DNA from: Solirubrobacteraceae bacterium
Lineage (GTDB): Bacteria; Actinomycetota; Thermoleophilia; Solirubrobacterales; Solirubrobacteraceae
Reading direction: 5' to 3'
Length of the DNA: 64,000 nt
Assembly: GCA_025449845.1 (NCBI GenBank)
Contig: JANWIP010000002.1
Coordinates: forward strand, 21,868 to 85,867
Below are positions 8,488 through 17,474 of this stretch, piece after piece (position 1 is the stretch's first letter; each line of letters begins with the position of its first letter). Under the pieces are notes generated by a model. That model was given only the letters and a program-made list of their open reading frames with translations, did no database searches and was not told the DNA's origin. A program made the translations under genes and the position numbers.

Positions 8488-9288
8488 CTAGCTGGACACG
8501 GCAAGCGATCCGACGATCGCCAACACGCTCAGCAATAGGCAGGCAGCGAACCCCAGCGCTGGCACCTTGCGTTCATCGGCGCTGCGTATTGCCAAGGCCG
8601 CGAGGGCGCCACCGATGAGACCGCCGATATGGGCGCCGACAGAGATGTTGGCGGCAGTGAAGCTGAACAGCAGATTGATGACGATAAGCGCGCCGATGCC
8701 CGACTCCATGACGCTCATGCGGCGAGCCCGCAACTCGACCACCGCGGCTCCCATCAGGCCAAAGACGGCACCCGAGGCGCCGAGGCTGGGGGCGGCCGTA
8801 GCGAACAGCGCCCCGAAAGAGCCGGCGAGCAGGGCGGTCATGTAGATGGTGGCGAACCTGATTGAGCCAATGGCGGGCTCAAGCAGGTTCCCGAGCAGAT
8901 AGAGCAGGTACATATTGAAGGCGATATGCAGGAGGTTCTCGTGCAGAAATCCGCTGCTCACCAGGCGCCAGTACTGGTGCTCGACACCGACGCCGTAGCG
9001 CCACAGCACACCTTCTTCGACAACCTTGCCGTGAATGGTGGCCCCGGAGATGGTGAACTGCCCCTGCTCGGCCAGAAAGGCAAGCACGTTGACGGCGATT
9101 AGCCCATAGGTGACCCGCGGCACCTTGGCCATGTCGCGCATACGCACCGCTTTGGTGCGCTGCCTGGCGCACTCCGGGCAGCGCATGCCGACCGGCGTCG
9201 TGGTCATGCAGTCGGGACAGATGGGTCGTCCGCAAGAGGAGCAGGCGACGCCGGTCTCACGTGAAGGGTGGCGGTAACAGGTGGCCAT
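8488..9288 (-). CDS. rhomboid-family intramembrane serine protease with N-terminal zinc-ribbon
   Basis: CYRHP..CSSCGRPICPDC..CPEC zinc ribbon. Catalytic GASGAVFG and HIGGLIGG motifs in multi-TM context. Confidence 0.85.
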   Translation of the reverse strand: MATCYRHPSRETGVACSSCGRPICPDCMTTTPVGMRCPECARQRTKAVRMRDMAKVPRVTYGLIAVNVLAFLAEQGQFTISGATIHGKVVEEGVLWRYGVGVEHQYWRLVSSGFLHENLLHIAFNMYLLYLLGNLLEPAIGSIRFATIYMTALLAGSFGALFATAAPSLGASGAVFGLMGAAVVELRARRMSVMESGIGALIVINLLFSFTAANISVGAHIGGLIGGALAALAIRSADERKVPALGFAACLLLSVLAIVGSLAVSS

Positions 9289-9347
9289 GTGCGGGCAAGA
9301 GCCTATCTCGGCCAGAGAGTCGGACCCGCCGGACCCGCCGGATCGGG

Positions 9348-10085
9348 CTAAGTAGAGGCGATGATGACGGGGTTGCGCGTCGGCTTGGGGCTGCCGCCGA
9401 GCGGCTCGTCGGTGACGAGGACCTTGCTCACACCTGTGACATTGCCGGGCACGTCGACGTCGCCTTCGCCGTGTTGGGTGACCGAGAAGAGTGCGTCGGT
9501 AGGCGCGGGTGCCTGTGTCCCCCGCTCAAGCCACACCTCATAGATGCGTCCGCGTGGCGGCGCTGGCATCCCCTCGACGACCAGCTCCAGATGCGAGCCG
9601 ACCTTGCGCAGCTCGGCCCTGGCGTTGTGCCCGGGTGCGACCACGGCAGCCCTGATCACCTGCGTCTGCGTGCGCTGGATCGTGGAGCCAGTATTGATGG
9701 CAAAGGCGCCGACGAGCAGACCCACGCCCAGCGCGGCAGCGGCGGCAAAGGCGGGCACCAAGCGTCTGCGCCAGACGGGCGCCTGGCGCGCCGGCCTGTC
9801 GGCCTCGTGGCCAGCCGCCCTGAGCAATTCCGCCTCGGCGTGCACAGTGGCCATGACGCGGGCGCGCAGGCTGTCAGGAGCAAGCTTGCAAGGCACGCCG
9901 ACGGCGAGTGCGTCAGCCGCGGCCTGCAGCTGGGCAACCTCACCGCCGCAGACAGCACAGCCAGCCAAGTGCTGATGGAAGCTCTGCACCTCCTGCTCGT
10001 CCAGCGCGCCGAGGACGTAGGCGGCCGCATCGGGACAGCGCTCGCACTGCAGCTCCTGCTCATGGCCATGGTCGCGGGGGCTCAG
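9348..10085 (-). CDS. zinc-binding (ZAS) anti-sigma factor, RskA-like; start codon unresolved
   Basis: HLAGCAVC (H-x3-C-x2-C) with an upstream CERC, one TM segment and an RskA-like C-terminus. The track ORF starts at GTG 9989, but conserved sequence continues upstream. 10085 is a CTG overlapping the sigma stop. Confidence 0.75.
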   Translation of the reverse strand: MSPRDHGHEQELQCERCPDAAAYVLGALDEQEVQSFHQHLAGCAVCGGEVAQLQAAADALAVGVPCKLAPDSLRARVMATVHAEAELLRAAGHEADRPARQAPVWRRRLVPAFAAAAALGVGLLVGAFAINTGSTIQRTQTQVIRAAVVAPGHNARAELRKVGSHLELVVEGMPAPPRGRIYEVWLERGTQAPAPTDALFSVTQHGEGDVDVPGNVTGVSKVLVTDEPLGGSPKPTRNPVIIAST

Positions 10086-10699
10086 GAGACCACCTGCCCG
10101 GATCGCAATTGAGAGCGCATCTTCTGCAAGCCAAGACGCATTCGACCTTTGATCGTTCCCACGGGGGTATCCAACATGGTGGCTATCTCCGAATGCGTGA
10201 AGCCCCCGTAGTAGGCCAGATCGATGACGCGGCTCTGATCGGGTGGCAGCTCCTCAAGCGCAGCGCGGATCTCGCGCGCTTCGTCGCGGCGGCCCACCTC
10301 CAGATCGGTGCGCTCGGCTGCCTCCAGGTGCTCCTCGATGCCCTCGTCGCTGATCCTGCCGCGGTCTTGCACGACCCCGCGCCGCAATGCGTCGATCGCG
10401 CGGTTATGCACGATGCCCAGCACCCAGGTGCGTACGCTGCCGCGCGTGCGGTCGTAGCGCGCACCGCTGCGCCACAGTGAGAGGAAGCCCTCCTGGACGA
10501 CATCTTCGGCGATGCCTCGCTTGCCACACATGCGAAACGCAAGCGAGAAGGCTGCATCGACGTGCCGCTCATAGACAACGGCAAAAGCGGCCGAATCGCT
10601 CTCGCGCACAAGCTGCATAAGGTCCTCGTCGGCAAAGCGACGCAGGGCAGCCGACGCAGCGTCGGCGGAACGCTTGTAGCGAGCCATCTCAGACATCAA
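10082..10699 (-). CDS. ECF (sigma-70 family) RNA polymerase sigma factor, SigK-like
   Basis: Region 2 (DVVQEGFLSLWR) and region 4 (LPPDQSRVIDLAYYGGFTHSEIA..GTIKGRMRLGL) motifs. Confidence 0.9.
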   Translation of the reverse strand: MMSEMARYKRSADAASAALRRFADEDLMQLVRESDSAAFAVVYERHVDAAFSLAFRMCGKRGIAEDVVQEGFLSLWRSGARYDRTRGSVRTWVLGIVHNRAIDALRRGVVQDRGRISDEGIEEHLEAAERTDLEVGRRDEAREIRAALEELPPDQSRVIDLAYYGGFTHSEIATMLDTPVGTIKGRMRLGLQKMRSQLRSGQVVS

Positions 10700-10810
10700 T
10701 ACGCAACTGACCCCATTCGCGGATCAGGGAATCCGCGAGTGATGCATAACATTCAATCACCCTTCGCGGCCGAGTGACTGACCCGCCGAATAGTTCAGCT
10801 CATTCGTCAG

Positions 10811-10847
10811 TGCATGCTCGTCGGCATTGCATGCCCGTCGGCATTGC
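10811..10847. repeat. 17-bp direct repeat x2.2 (TGCATGCYCGTCGGCAT)
   Basis: Copies at 10811-10827 and 10828-10844 with one mismatch. They lie 21 bp downstream of the stop of the 10868 gene and upstream of the SigK-like gene. Confidence 0.8.
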
Positions 10848-10867
10848 TCTGCTCATGTGGCACGGTC

Positions 10868-11131
10868 TCAGCTGATTCGTCGGCGTGCGCGCAGCAGCAC
10901 CAAGGCAACACCAGCGGTACTGCCCACGACCACCGCGGCAGCGGGTCGCACCCAGTTACGCGGATCGCGCATCGCCGAGAGCTCCCAGGCCTCGAGCTCG
11001 CCCACGGCTAGCTCGGTGAGACTGGTGAGAGTGCTCTCCAGGCGCTGCGCGAGATCCTCTGGAGGCTCCACCGGCGCGAGTGCCTGGCGCAGGAGTCCCT
11101 CGAAGTTGGAGCTCGAAGCGGCTTCAGTCAT
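10868..11131 (-). CDS. small membrane-anchored protein coupled to the upstream ECF sigma (possible anti-sigma factor)
   Basis: The ATG at 11131 overlaps the sigma stop by 8 nt (ATGACTGA). 87 aa with a single C-terminal TM segment (AAAVVVGSTAGVALVLL). No recognisable anti-sigma motif. Confidence 0.45.
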   Translation of the reverse strand: MTEAASSSNFEGLLRQALAPVEPPEDLAQRLESTLTSLTELAVGELEAWELSAMRDPRNWVRPAAAVVVGSTAGVALVLLRARRRIS

Positions 11132-11672
11132 CGCTCGCCCCTTCGTTGACGATCCCTTCCAGCTGCTTGATGGCACGATGGATCAGCACCTTGGTGGCTC
11201 CATCCGAGCGCCCAAGCGCACGAGCGATCTCGCGGTTGTCCATGCCCAGGGCAAAGCGCATGATGAGAGCCTCACGGCGGTCATCGGGAAGCTCCTCCAC
11301 CCCATTGAGAATGCGGCTGAGCTCCTCGCGCTCCTCGACCAGCTCCTCGGTTGTGTGTGGGTCGGCGAGCGGCGTTGAGTCCTCGATCGGCGAAGCTGGC
11401 TTGCGCGAGCGGTCGCGATAGAGGTTGGCGGCCAGGTTGTGAGCGATCCTGATAAGCCAGGGCCGCAGCGGCCGTCCAGCGGACTCTCGCTGGGCACGCT
11501 CGAAGTGGCGGTAGGCCTGCAGGAAGGTCTGCTCGGTTAGATCCTCGGCGTCGTGATGGTTGCCAACTCGGTAGTAGGCGTAGGAGTAGACATCGCGTAG
11601 ATGCGCGCGGTAGAGCTCGGAGAACTCCTCGTCCAGTTGTGCCTTTGACTTCGGCGTGTGTTGATCGGCCAC
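11124..11672 (-). CDS. ECF (sigma-70 family) RNA polymerase sigma factor
   Basis: Region 2 (DAEDLTEQTFLQAYRHF, RPWLIRIAHNLAANLYR) and region 4 (LPDDRREALIMRFALGMDNREIARALG) motifs. Confidence 0.9.
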   Translation of the reverse strand: MADQHTPKSKAQLDEEFSELYRAHLRDVYSYAYYRVGNHHDAEDLTEQTFLQAYRHFERAQRESAGRPLRPWLIRIAHNLAANLYRDRSRKPASPIEDSTPLADPHTTEELVEEREELSRILNGVEELPDDRREALIMRFALGMDNREIARALGRSDGATKVLIHRAIKQLEGIVNEGASDD

Positions 11673-11709
11673 TCATTGCACCCTACCTCCGCCGCCCCAG
11701 CAAGCCGGC

Positions 11710-12477
11710 TTACGCCGCCCGTGCCTGCTCCCGCTCCCGCGTGGCGCGGGTGGGCGGGAGCACGCTCCCCGCGCGTGTCTGCTCTCGAGGACGCGCCGGG
11801 ACTCCCCCCAGCCACTCCCACTGCAGGCTCACACAGTTCCAGACGCGCTCGGTCACACCTAACGCCGCCTCGGGTGAAGGTCGCCGCGCCAGGGGGAACA
11901 TCAGCGGAGCCCCGCAGCGGATGCGTACCTTGCGCGGCCGTATGCGCAGCCCACGGCGCACATCTTCGGTACCGATCACGGCGACCGGCACGACGTGCGC
12001 GCCGGTTTCCAGTGCCAGGCGCCCCACCCCGCGGTGGGGATGAGCAAGTGGGCCGCGGCGTGTGCGGGTGCCCTCGGGAAAGATCACCACGCAGTCCCCC
12101 CTTGCCAGGATCGCTCGTGCGGTGGCCATGGCATCCTCATCGCCGGCGCCCCGATCGATCGGAAAGGCCCCTAGCCGGTTGAGCAGCCAAGCCTGCCAAC
12201 GACGCGCGAAAAGCTCGCGCTTGGCGACGTAGTACACCGGCCTGCGCGTGAGCGAGCCGATCACGAACGGGTCAAGGAAACTGCGATGGTTGGCGGCCAG
12301 GATCAACGGGCCGCTGCGCGGCAGATGCTCCGTGCCGATGCGCTCCAGGCGGAAGTAGAGAAGAAAGAAGGGCAGCAGGAGAGCGCGGGCGAGCAGATAG
12401 AGCAGCGGATTGACGCCGTGCGACTGCGCGTGTGCACGAAAGCCCTCAAGCTCGGTGCTGTCACGGTTGCGGCCCAT
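11710..12477 (-). CDS. plsC: 1-acyl-sn-glycerol-3-phosphate acyltransferase
   Basis: NHRSFLDP (H-x4-D) and FPEGTRT motifs. ATG at 12477 was chosen over the longer 12612 ORF, which abuts the 3' end of the tRNA-Thr gene (12616). Confidence 0.8.
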   Translation of the reverse strand: MGRNRDSTELEGFRAHAQSHGVNPLLYLLARALLLPFFLLYFRLERIGTEHLPRSGPLILAANHRSFLDPFVIGSLTRRPVYYVAKRELFARRWQAWLLNRLGAFPIDRGAGDEDAMATARAILARGDCVVIFPEGTRTRRGPLAHPHRGVGRLALETGAHVVPVAVIGTEDVRRGLRIRPRKVRIRCGAPLMFPLARRPSPEAALGVTERVWNCVSLQWEWLGGVPARPREQTRAGSVLPPTRATREREQARAA

Positions 12478-12615
12478 ACATTTGATACCCGCCGAGGATG
12501 TCTCTGTTACAGCAGCAGGCAGCACAACAAGTAGAAGCCGAAGGGCTACCGCAGAATCGCGCAAGCACGAGAGCCATTCCGGGGAACGCGCAAGCCTCCG
12601 GCCTATTCCCAAAAG

Positions 12616-12689
12616 AGCCGGCGACCGGACTCGAACCGAGCAACCCCCGCTTTACAAGAGCGGTGCTCTACCAATTGAGCTACGCCGGC
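12616..12689 (-). tRNA. tRNA-Thr (anticodon UGU)
   Basis: Reverse complement: GCCGGCGTAGCTCAATTGGTAGAGCACCGCTCTTGTAAAGCGGGGGTTGCTCGGTTCGAGTCCGGTCGCCGGCT. It has a 7-bp acceptor stem, a CT-TGT-AA anticodon loop and a GGTTCGAGTCC T-arm. No CCA is encoded. Confidence 0.9.
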
Positions 12690-12825
12690 CTGCAAGTGGA
12701 TCGTACATCGCCGGCGGCCGGATGCTGGACGGCCGGCCATCCAGAAGACGATGAGACATCATGAGGATGGCCGGGCCGAGCACACCACCTTCGCGCCCGG
12801 CCCATAGCCATCTGTACTCAGCGAA

Positions 12826-14211
12826 TCAAGCACGCGGCCCCGACGCCCGCTCACCCACATCGCCGGTTTCCGACGTTGCGTGCGAAGCCTCCTCTCCCAG
12901 GGCGGGGAAGCGGCTGACATCACAGACGTTCGCGTTCGCGCGAATCGATAGTGCCATCCCCTCGCGGACCGCGTTAGCCCTTATACCGCTATTCGCATCA
13001 CGAATAGCGCCTGCGATAGCGGCGCGCGGCACTCCGGGAGCGACCTGTTTGACGACGCCATTTAGCGTGCCGCGCAGCGCCCCAATCCCATCGGTGACTC
13101 TCCCGGCCGCTCGGCGGGCGCGCAAGAGCAACGCCGTGGGCATGGCGAAGTCCTCCACCACCGTGTCGAGGATCAGTTGCGTGATCGGACGTGTGTCGGT
13201 GGCGGAGGCATGAGAGGACAGGTGATAGAAGCTCGCCATGGCGGCCAGGATCAACGTGTGATCCTTCCCGTCAGACAGGGCTTTGGTGCAGCAGACTGCG
13301 CGGCTGGCAAGCGTTTGCAAGCGGTCAGCGGTCTCGGCCGGCGAGGCGTAGTAGTCGATCAGGCTGCGCTGGCCGTCGGCGACGTCCTCCCCGCGGTCGA
13401 TGAGGCTGTCGAGCAGCGAGCTCAACGAGGCGATCCAAGGGAAGTACGCGCCTTCCACAGCCACGGCATCCCGGGTCTTGGTGCTCGGTCTTGCGGCCGC
13501 GGCGATGAGTGCGAAGATCGGCAACGGAGAGCCGGCGGCCGCGCCTGTCTCCCACCAGTGCAGATCGGTGCTCTTCTTGTTTTCCGCACTCGCCCAGCGG
13601 GCAAAGCCGTCGAAAGACCCGTGGATATCACCGTGGTTAAGGCTCTGGTAGGCGACGATGCGGGCCGTTACTCGTCGCACCGAGTCGGCTATCGCGGCGT
13701 ACGAGGGGAGCGCTTCTAGGGCGGTGCGACAGGTATCCACGAGATCCTGCAGATAGCCGGTGTCTTCGTGACAGCTGTGATTGGCGTAGTAGTCAAAGCG
13801 CGGGCCTTTGGGTTCGAGGGCGTGCAGCAATGCCTGGTTGAGACGGCAGCCGTTGGCGATCGGATCCGCACCCGGCTGCTCGCTGACCGTATCGATGTAG
13901 TCGAAAGCAACCTGATAGGCGGTAATTGCGCGTATCACGATTTCGCGGCTTGCCTGGGGCACGAAGGTGGCAAACGCGACGGCCCCCTCGATGCTCTCGC
14001 GCTTGCTGCGCTGGGCCTCCCAGGCCAGCCGGCGCAGCGCGGGGTCGACTATCTCTCCGGCGCGCTGGCGCCAATGGTGCAACTCACCGCGAGCGCACGG
14101 AAAGACGCTCAGCCAATAGCACCTGGCCGCGTTGGCGAACGCAGCTGCCGCGCGACTCCCCGCTTTCACCCTCATGGGGATAGCTTTGCGCAACAGGCGC
14201 TCCAAGCACAA
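12826..14211 (-). CDS. DUF2600 family protein (tetraprenyl-beta-curcumene synthase YtpB-like) with a C-terminal extension of about 90 aa
   Basis: AARCYWLSVFP..ELHHWRQRAGEIVDPALRRLAWEAQRSKRESIEGAVAFATFVP..AFDYIDTVSEQ matches my recollection of actinobacterial DUF2600 proteins. The start is either TTG 14211 (directly after the permease stop, with GGAG upstream) or ATG 14175. Confidence 0.7.
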   Translation of the reverse strand: MCLERLLRKAIPMRVKAGSRAAAAFANAARCYWLSVFPCARGELHHWRQRAGEIVDPALRRLAWEAQRSKRESIEGAVAFATFVPQASREIVIRAITAYQVAFDYIDTVSEQPGADPIANGCRLNQALLHALEPKGPRFDYYANHSCHEDTGYLQDLVDTCRTALEALPSYAAIADSVRRVTARIVAYQSLNHGDIHGSFDGFARWASAENKKSTDLHWWETGAAAGSPLPIFALIAAAARPSTKTRDAVAVEGAYFPWIASLSSLLDSLIDRGEDVADGQRSLIDYYASPAETADRLQTLASRAVCCTKALSDGKDHTLILAAMASFYHLSSHASATDTRPITQLILDTVVEDFAMPTALLLRARRAAGRVTDGIGALRGTLNGVVKQVAPGVPRAAIAGAIRDANSGIRANAVREGMALSIRANANVCDVSRFPALGEEASHATSETGDVGERASGPRA

Positions 14212-16770
14212 CTACTCCTGAAAACCGGTCCGCGCAGGTGCACGCGCAGCGGACAAGCCGGGCAGTGCCATAACGGTTAAAGCGATGCTGGCGACGAGCG
14301 CGAGGGTGAGAAACACTTGCGGCCATCCGACGCTGAAAGGAGCCGGAAAGCCGGTGGTCAACCGTAGCCAGCGATCCGCGAGCGCGTGTCCAAACACGCC
14401 GAGGACGGCCCCAACGAGACATCCGATGCTAAGCACGATGGCGCTCTCCAGGATCAGCGAGCGCCACAGCTGCCAGTGGTCGAATCCCTGGTTCTTCATC
14501 GCTGCCAGGCGCATGCGGCGCTGCCAGATGACCGCGCTGAGCGATGCGGCGACGGCAAGCGCGCCGGCGAGCAGCAGCAACAGTGAGATCTGCCCCAGGC
14601 TCTGCAGACCCTGACGGGCGTTGCTGTCGGTCTGGGCTTCACGTTCACGGTAGGTCTGCACCTGCAAACCGGTGTCTGCGCCCAGCGCGGCCTGCACGAT
14701 CTTCTTACCCTGCGCGAGCGTCACGGCAGATCCCTTCAGGCTGACCTCGAGCGCCGCGGGATCGGCGCTCTGCCAGCCGCGCCGGTAGTCCGCGGTCGAG
14801 AAGGCGATAGTCCCTGGGGGCCATCCCAGGTTCGTGGTGATGGCGGCCACACCCAAGCGCAGTCCACCCGAGGGCGTCGGTAATAGAAAGAAGTCTCCGA
14901 CCCGCAGATGGTGTTCCGTGGCAAAGCCTTCGGAGACAGACGCCCAGCCGCCTTGGCGGATCAGCTGAGTCGCGTGGGCGAGATCGCCATGCAGCAGCTG
15001 GCTGGGCTGGATCATCGCGCCGTCGCCAGGATCGCGGGCTCGTATCAGGAGGCGGCGTGAGCCGATGTCCAGCAGTGCGCCCTGGTAAGGGCGCACGGAG
15101 GCCACCGCGGGAGCGTGGGCAAGGGCCTTCAGTGCGGAGGTGTCCTTGAAGCTGTCGGTGTTGAAAACGCTCTGCCCGGAGGTCACCCAGACGTCGGCGG
15201 TGCCCTCATACTCGGCGATCGCCGTTTCCAGGCCATGAATCAAGTCGCGTCTGGCGCCTCCGATCGCGACGCTTCCGTAAACCGCGAGCGTCGCCACGGC
15301 GGCGAGCGCGATCGAGCGGGTTGCGCTCGCGCGCAGCTCCACGATGGCTACCGCCAGCATGCTGCCCCGAATGCGTTCGGCGATGGGGCCCAGCAGCGAC
15401 AGAACCGCGGCGAACGTTGCGGGAATCAGGCAGACGGCCGCCAAGGCGAGAACGGCTCCCCCGAGAACGGTCACGCTCGGCGCCACCAATGCGCCCAGCG
15501 TGACGGCCAGGATCAGCACCCCCGCGATCAGTCCGAGGATGCTCACGGTGCGCCCGGAGATGCTCTGCCCGGCCTCACCGCCCTCATAGAGCACGGCATC
15601 GAGCGCTCTATCCGAACGCAGGTCAAAGAGCGGCGGCAGAGAGGCAAGCAGCGCGGCCAGCACGCCACAGGCGACCGGCACCAACAACGTGCTCGCGGTC
15701 ACGATCCGCTGCGAGCCGATTGCGAAGGCGGATGTGAGGTAGTCGGGGACATGACCGAAGAGGGTTTGCGAGAGGACCTCCCCGATGAGAATCCCGGCGA
15801 GCGAGCCCACCACTCCAAGCGCCAAAGCCTGAAAGCCGAGGACAAGAACGATCTGATTGGGAGCGAAGCCCTGCGTGCGCAGTTCCGCCATGAAACGTCG
15901 CCGGTCAGGGACAGTGAGCAGCATCGCGTTGAGCGCCAGCAGAAAACCAATCATCGCGCTGATCGCCGCGAACAAGGTGGTGGACTGCGCGTTGGGCTGT
16001 GCTGCCTGGCCCAGCAGACGTAGCTCGTTATCGGCGGCCTCGACGTCGATGCGGCTCGCGGCAAGGCCGCGCAACTCCGAGGCCACCAGGCGATCGGCGC
16101 CCGGGCGCGGCTTGATCAGCACGTTGGTCACGCGCCCCGGCTTGCCGGCAAGCAGCTGGGCGACAGGCAGCAGGGCGATCACGATGGGGCTGCCAGAAAC
16201 GGCACCGATCGTCTGGCTGCCGAGCACCGCCCGGACCCGTATCAAGTGGGTCCTGCCATTGGCGATCACAGTCACTGGCCGTGTCGCGTGTGCCCCCACC
16301 GCGCCAGCCACCGAGGATGGCAGGCCAACTCCGCCCGAGATCAGCAGCGCACCCGCGCCCAGGTTCTGCGTCGCCGCGCTGCCCAGCGCGCTTAGGCGCG
16401 GTGTGACCCCGATGAGCTGCACTGCCCGGCGGCCCTTGGGGCCGACGATGATCACGTTCTCACGTAGCACGGGGGCAGCCACCTGCACCCCGGGAAGCCT
16501 GCCGGCCGCTTCGCTGTAGCGCTGATCAAACCCGTCGTTCGAGCGTGCCGCCAGCTGCAGACGGGCCGAGCCCACGAGCTGGTGGATCAGATGCTCGGCT
16601 GAGCCGGTGATGCTGGAGTTGGCGAGCAGCACGCCGTATACCAAAGCCACGCCGATGGCGATGCCACTCGCGGCAAGCAGCTCCTGAGCGAGACGCCGCC
16701 GCAGCCGCCAGCGATACAGGGCCACCAGCGACCCGGCGCGCAGTCCCAGGATCGTCGGTAGCCGCATCAC
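14212..16770 (-). CDS. ABC transporter permease, duplicated FtsX/MacB-type
   Basis: 852-aa polytopic protein with two FtsX-like 4-TM modules, each following a large extracytoplasmic region. 4-nt overlap with the upstream ATPase gene. Confidence 0.85.
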   Translation of the reverse strand: MMRLPTILGLRAGSLVALYRWRLRRRLAQELLAASGIAIGVALVYGVLLANSSITGSAEHLIHQLVGSARLQLAARSNDGFDQRYSEAAGRLPGVQVAAPVLRENVIIVGPKGRRAVQLIGVTPRLSALGSAATQNLGAGALLISGGVGLPSSVAGAVGAHATRPVTVIANGRTHLIRVRAVLGSQTIGAVSGSPIVIALLPVAQLLAGKPGRVTNVLIKPRPGADRLVASELRGLAASRIDVEAADNELRLLGQAAQPNAQSTTLFAAISAMIGFLLALNAMLLTVPDRRRFMAELRTQGFAPNQIVLVLGFQALALGVVGSLAGILIGEVLSQTLFGHVPDYLTSAFAIGSQRIVTASTLLVPVACGVLAALLASLPPLFDLRSDRALDAVLYEGGEAGQSISGRTVSILGLIAGVLILAVTLGALVAPSVTVLGGAVLALAAVCLIPATFAAVLSLLGPIAERIRGSMLAVAIVELRASATRSIALAAVATLAVYGSVAIGGARRDLIHGLETAIAEYEGTADVWVTSGQSVFNTDSFKDTSALKALAHAPAVASVRPYQGALLDIGSRRLLIRARDPGDGAMIQPSQLLHGDLAHATQLIRQGGWASVSEGFATEHHLRVGDFFLLPTPSGGLRLGVAAITTNLGWPPGTIAFSTADYRRGWQSADPAALEVSLKGSAVTLAQGKKIVQAALGADTGLQVQTYREREAQTDSNARQGLQSLGQISLLLLLAGALAVAASLSAVIWQRRMRLAAMKNQGFDHWQLWRSLILESAIVLSIGCLVGAVLGVFGHALADRWLRLTTGFPAPFSVGWPQVFLTLALVASIALTVMALPGLSAARAPARTGFQE

Positions 16771-17474
16771 GCGGGGGTGGTGGCGAGCTCGGCCTCGAGC
16801 CCGGCCACCAGAAGGCCGTCGCGCAACGTGTGGACGCGGTCGACGTACTCGATGGCCTGCGGATCATGCGTGACGAGCACCCCGGGTATGCCACGTTCGT
16901 GGCAGATGTCGCGTAGCAGCGCGTGGATCTCGCGGCTGCGCCGGGAGTCCAGATTCCCGGTCGGCTCGTCGGTCAACAGCAGCCGCGGTTCATTCACCAG
17001 CGCACGGGCGATCGCCACGCGCTGGCGCTCGCCCATCGAAAGCTGCCGCGGGGTGTGCATTTCGCGCTCGGTGAGGCCGACGCGCGCAAGCCAGGGCCGC
17101 GCCTCAACCCGGGCAGACGCCAGGCTGTAGCCATCCGCCAGCAGCTTCAAGGCGGCGTTGTCAATTGCGGTGGCCCCCGCGATCAGGTGGAACGCCTGAA
17201 AGACGAACCCCACCTCGCGGCGACGGTAGACGGCGCCATCGTGTGCGGAGAGCCGCGATATGTCGCGTCCGTCAAACAGGACCTTCCCCGCATCGGGCTC
17301 CATTAGGCCCGCGGCCATCAGCAGCAAGGTCGTCTTGCCCGAGCCGCTTGGTCCATACAGCGCGACGAACTCGCCCGGAGAGACGGTCAGCGAGATGCCG
17401 TCCACGGCGCGTACCACCTCTCCACCGGCGCGATAATGCTTGACGAGGTCGCTGAGCTCCAGGCTGCTCATCAC
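16767..17474 (-). CDS. ABC transporter ATP-binding protein (canonical motifs)
   Basis: Walker A GPSGSGKTT, signature LSMGERQRVAIARAL, Walker B LLLTDEPTGNLD, H-loop VLVTHD. Confidence 0.9.
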   Translation of the reverse strand: MMSSLELSDLVKHYRAGGEVVRAVDGISLTVSPGEFVALYGPSGSGKTTLLLMAAGLMEPDAGKVLFDGRDISRLSAHDGAVYRRREVGFVFQAFHLIAGATAIDNAALKLLADGYSLASARVEARPWLARVGLTEREMHTPRQLSMGERQRVAIARALVNEPRLLLTDEPTGNLDSRRSREIHALLRDICHERGIPGVLVTHDPQAIEYVDRVHTLRDGLLVAGLEAELATTPA

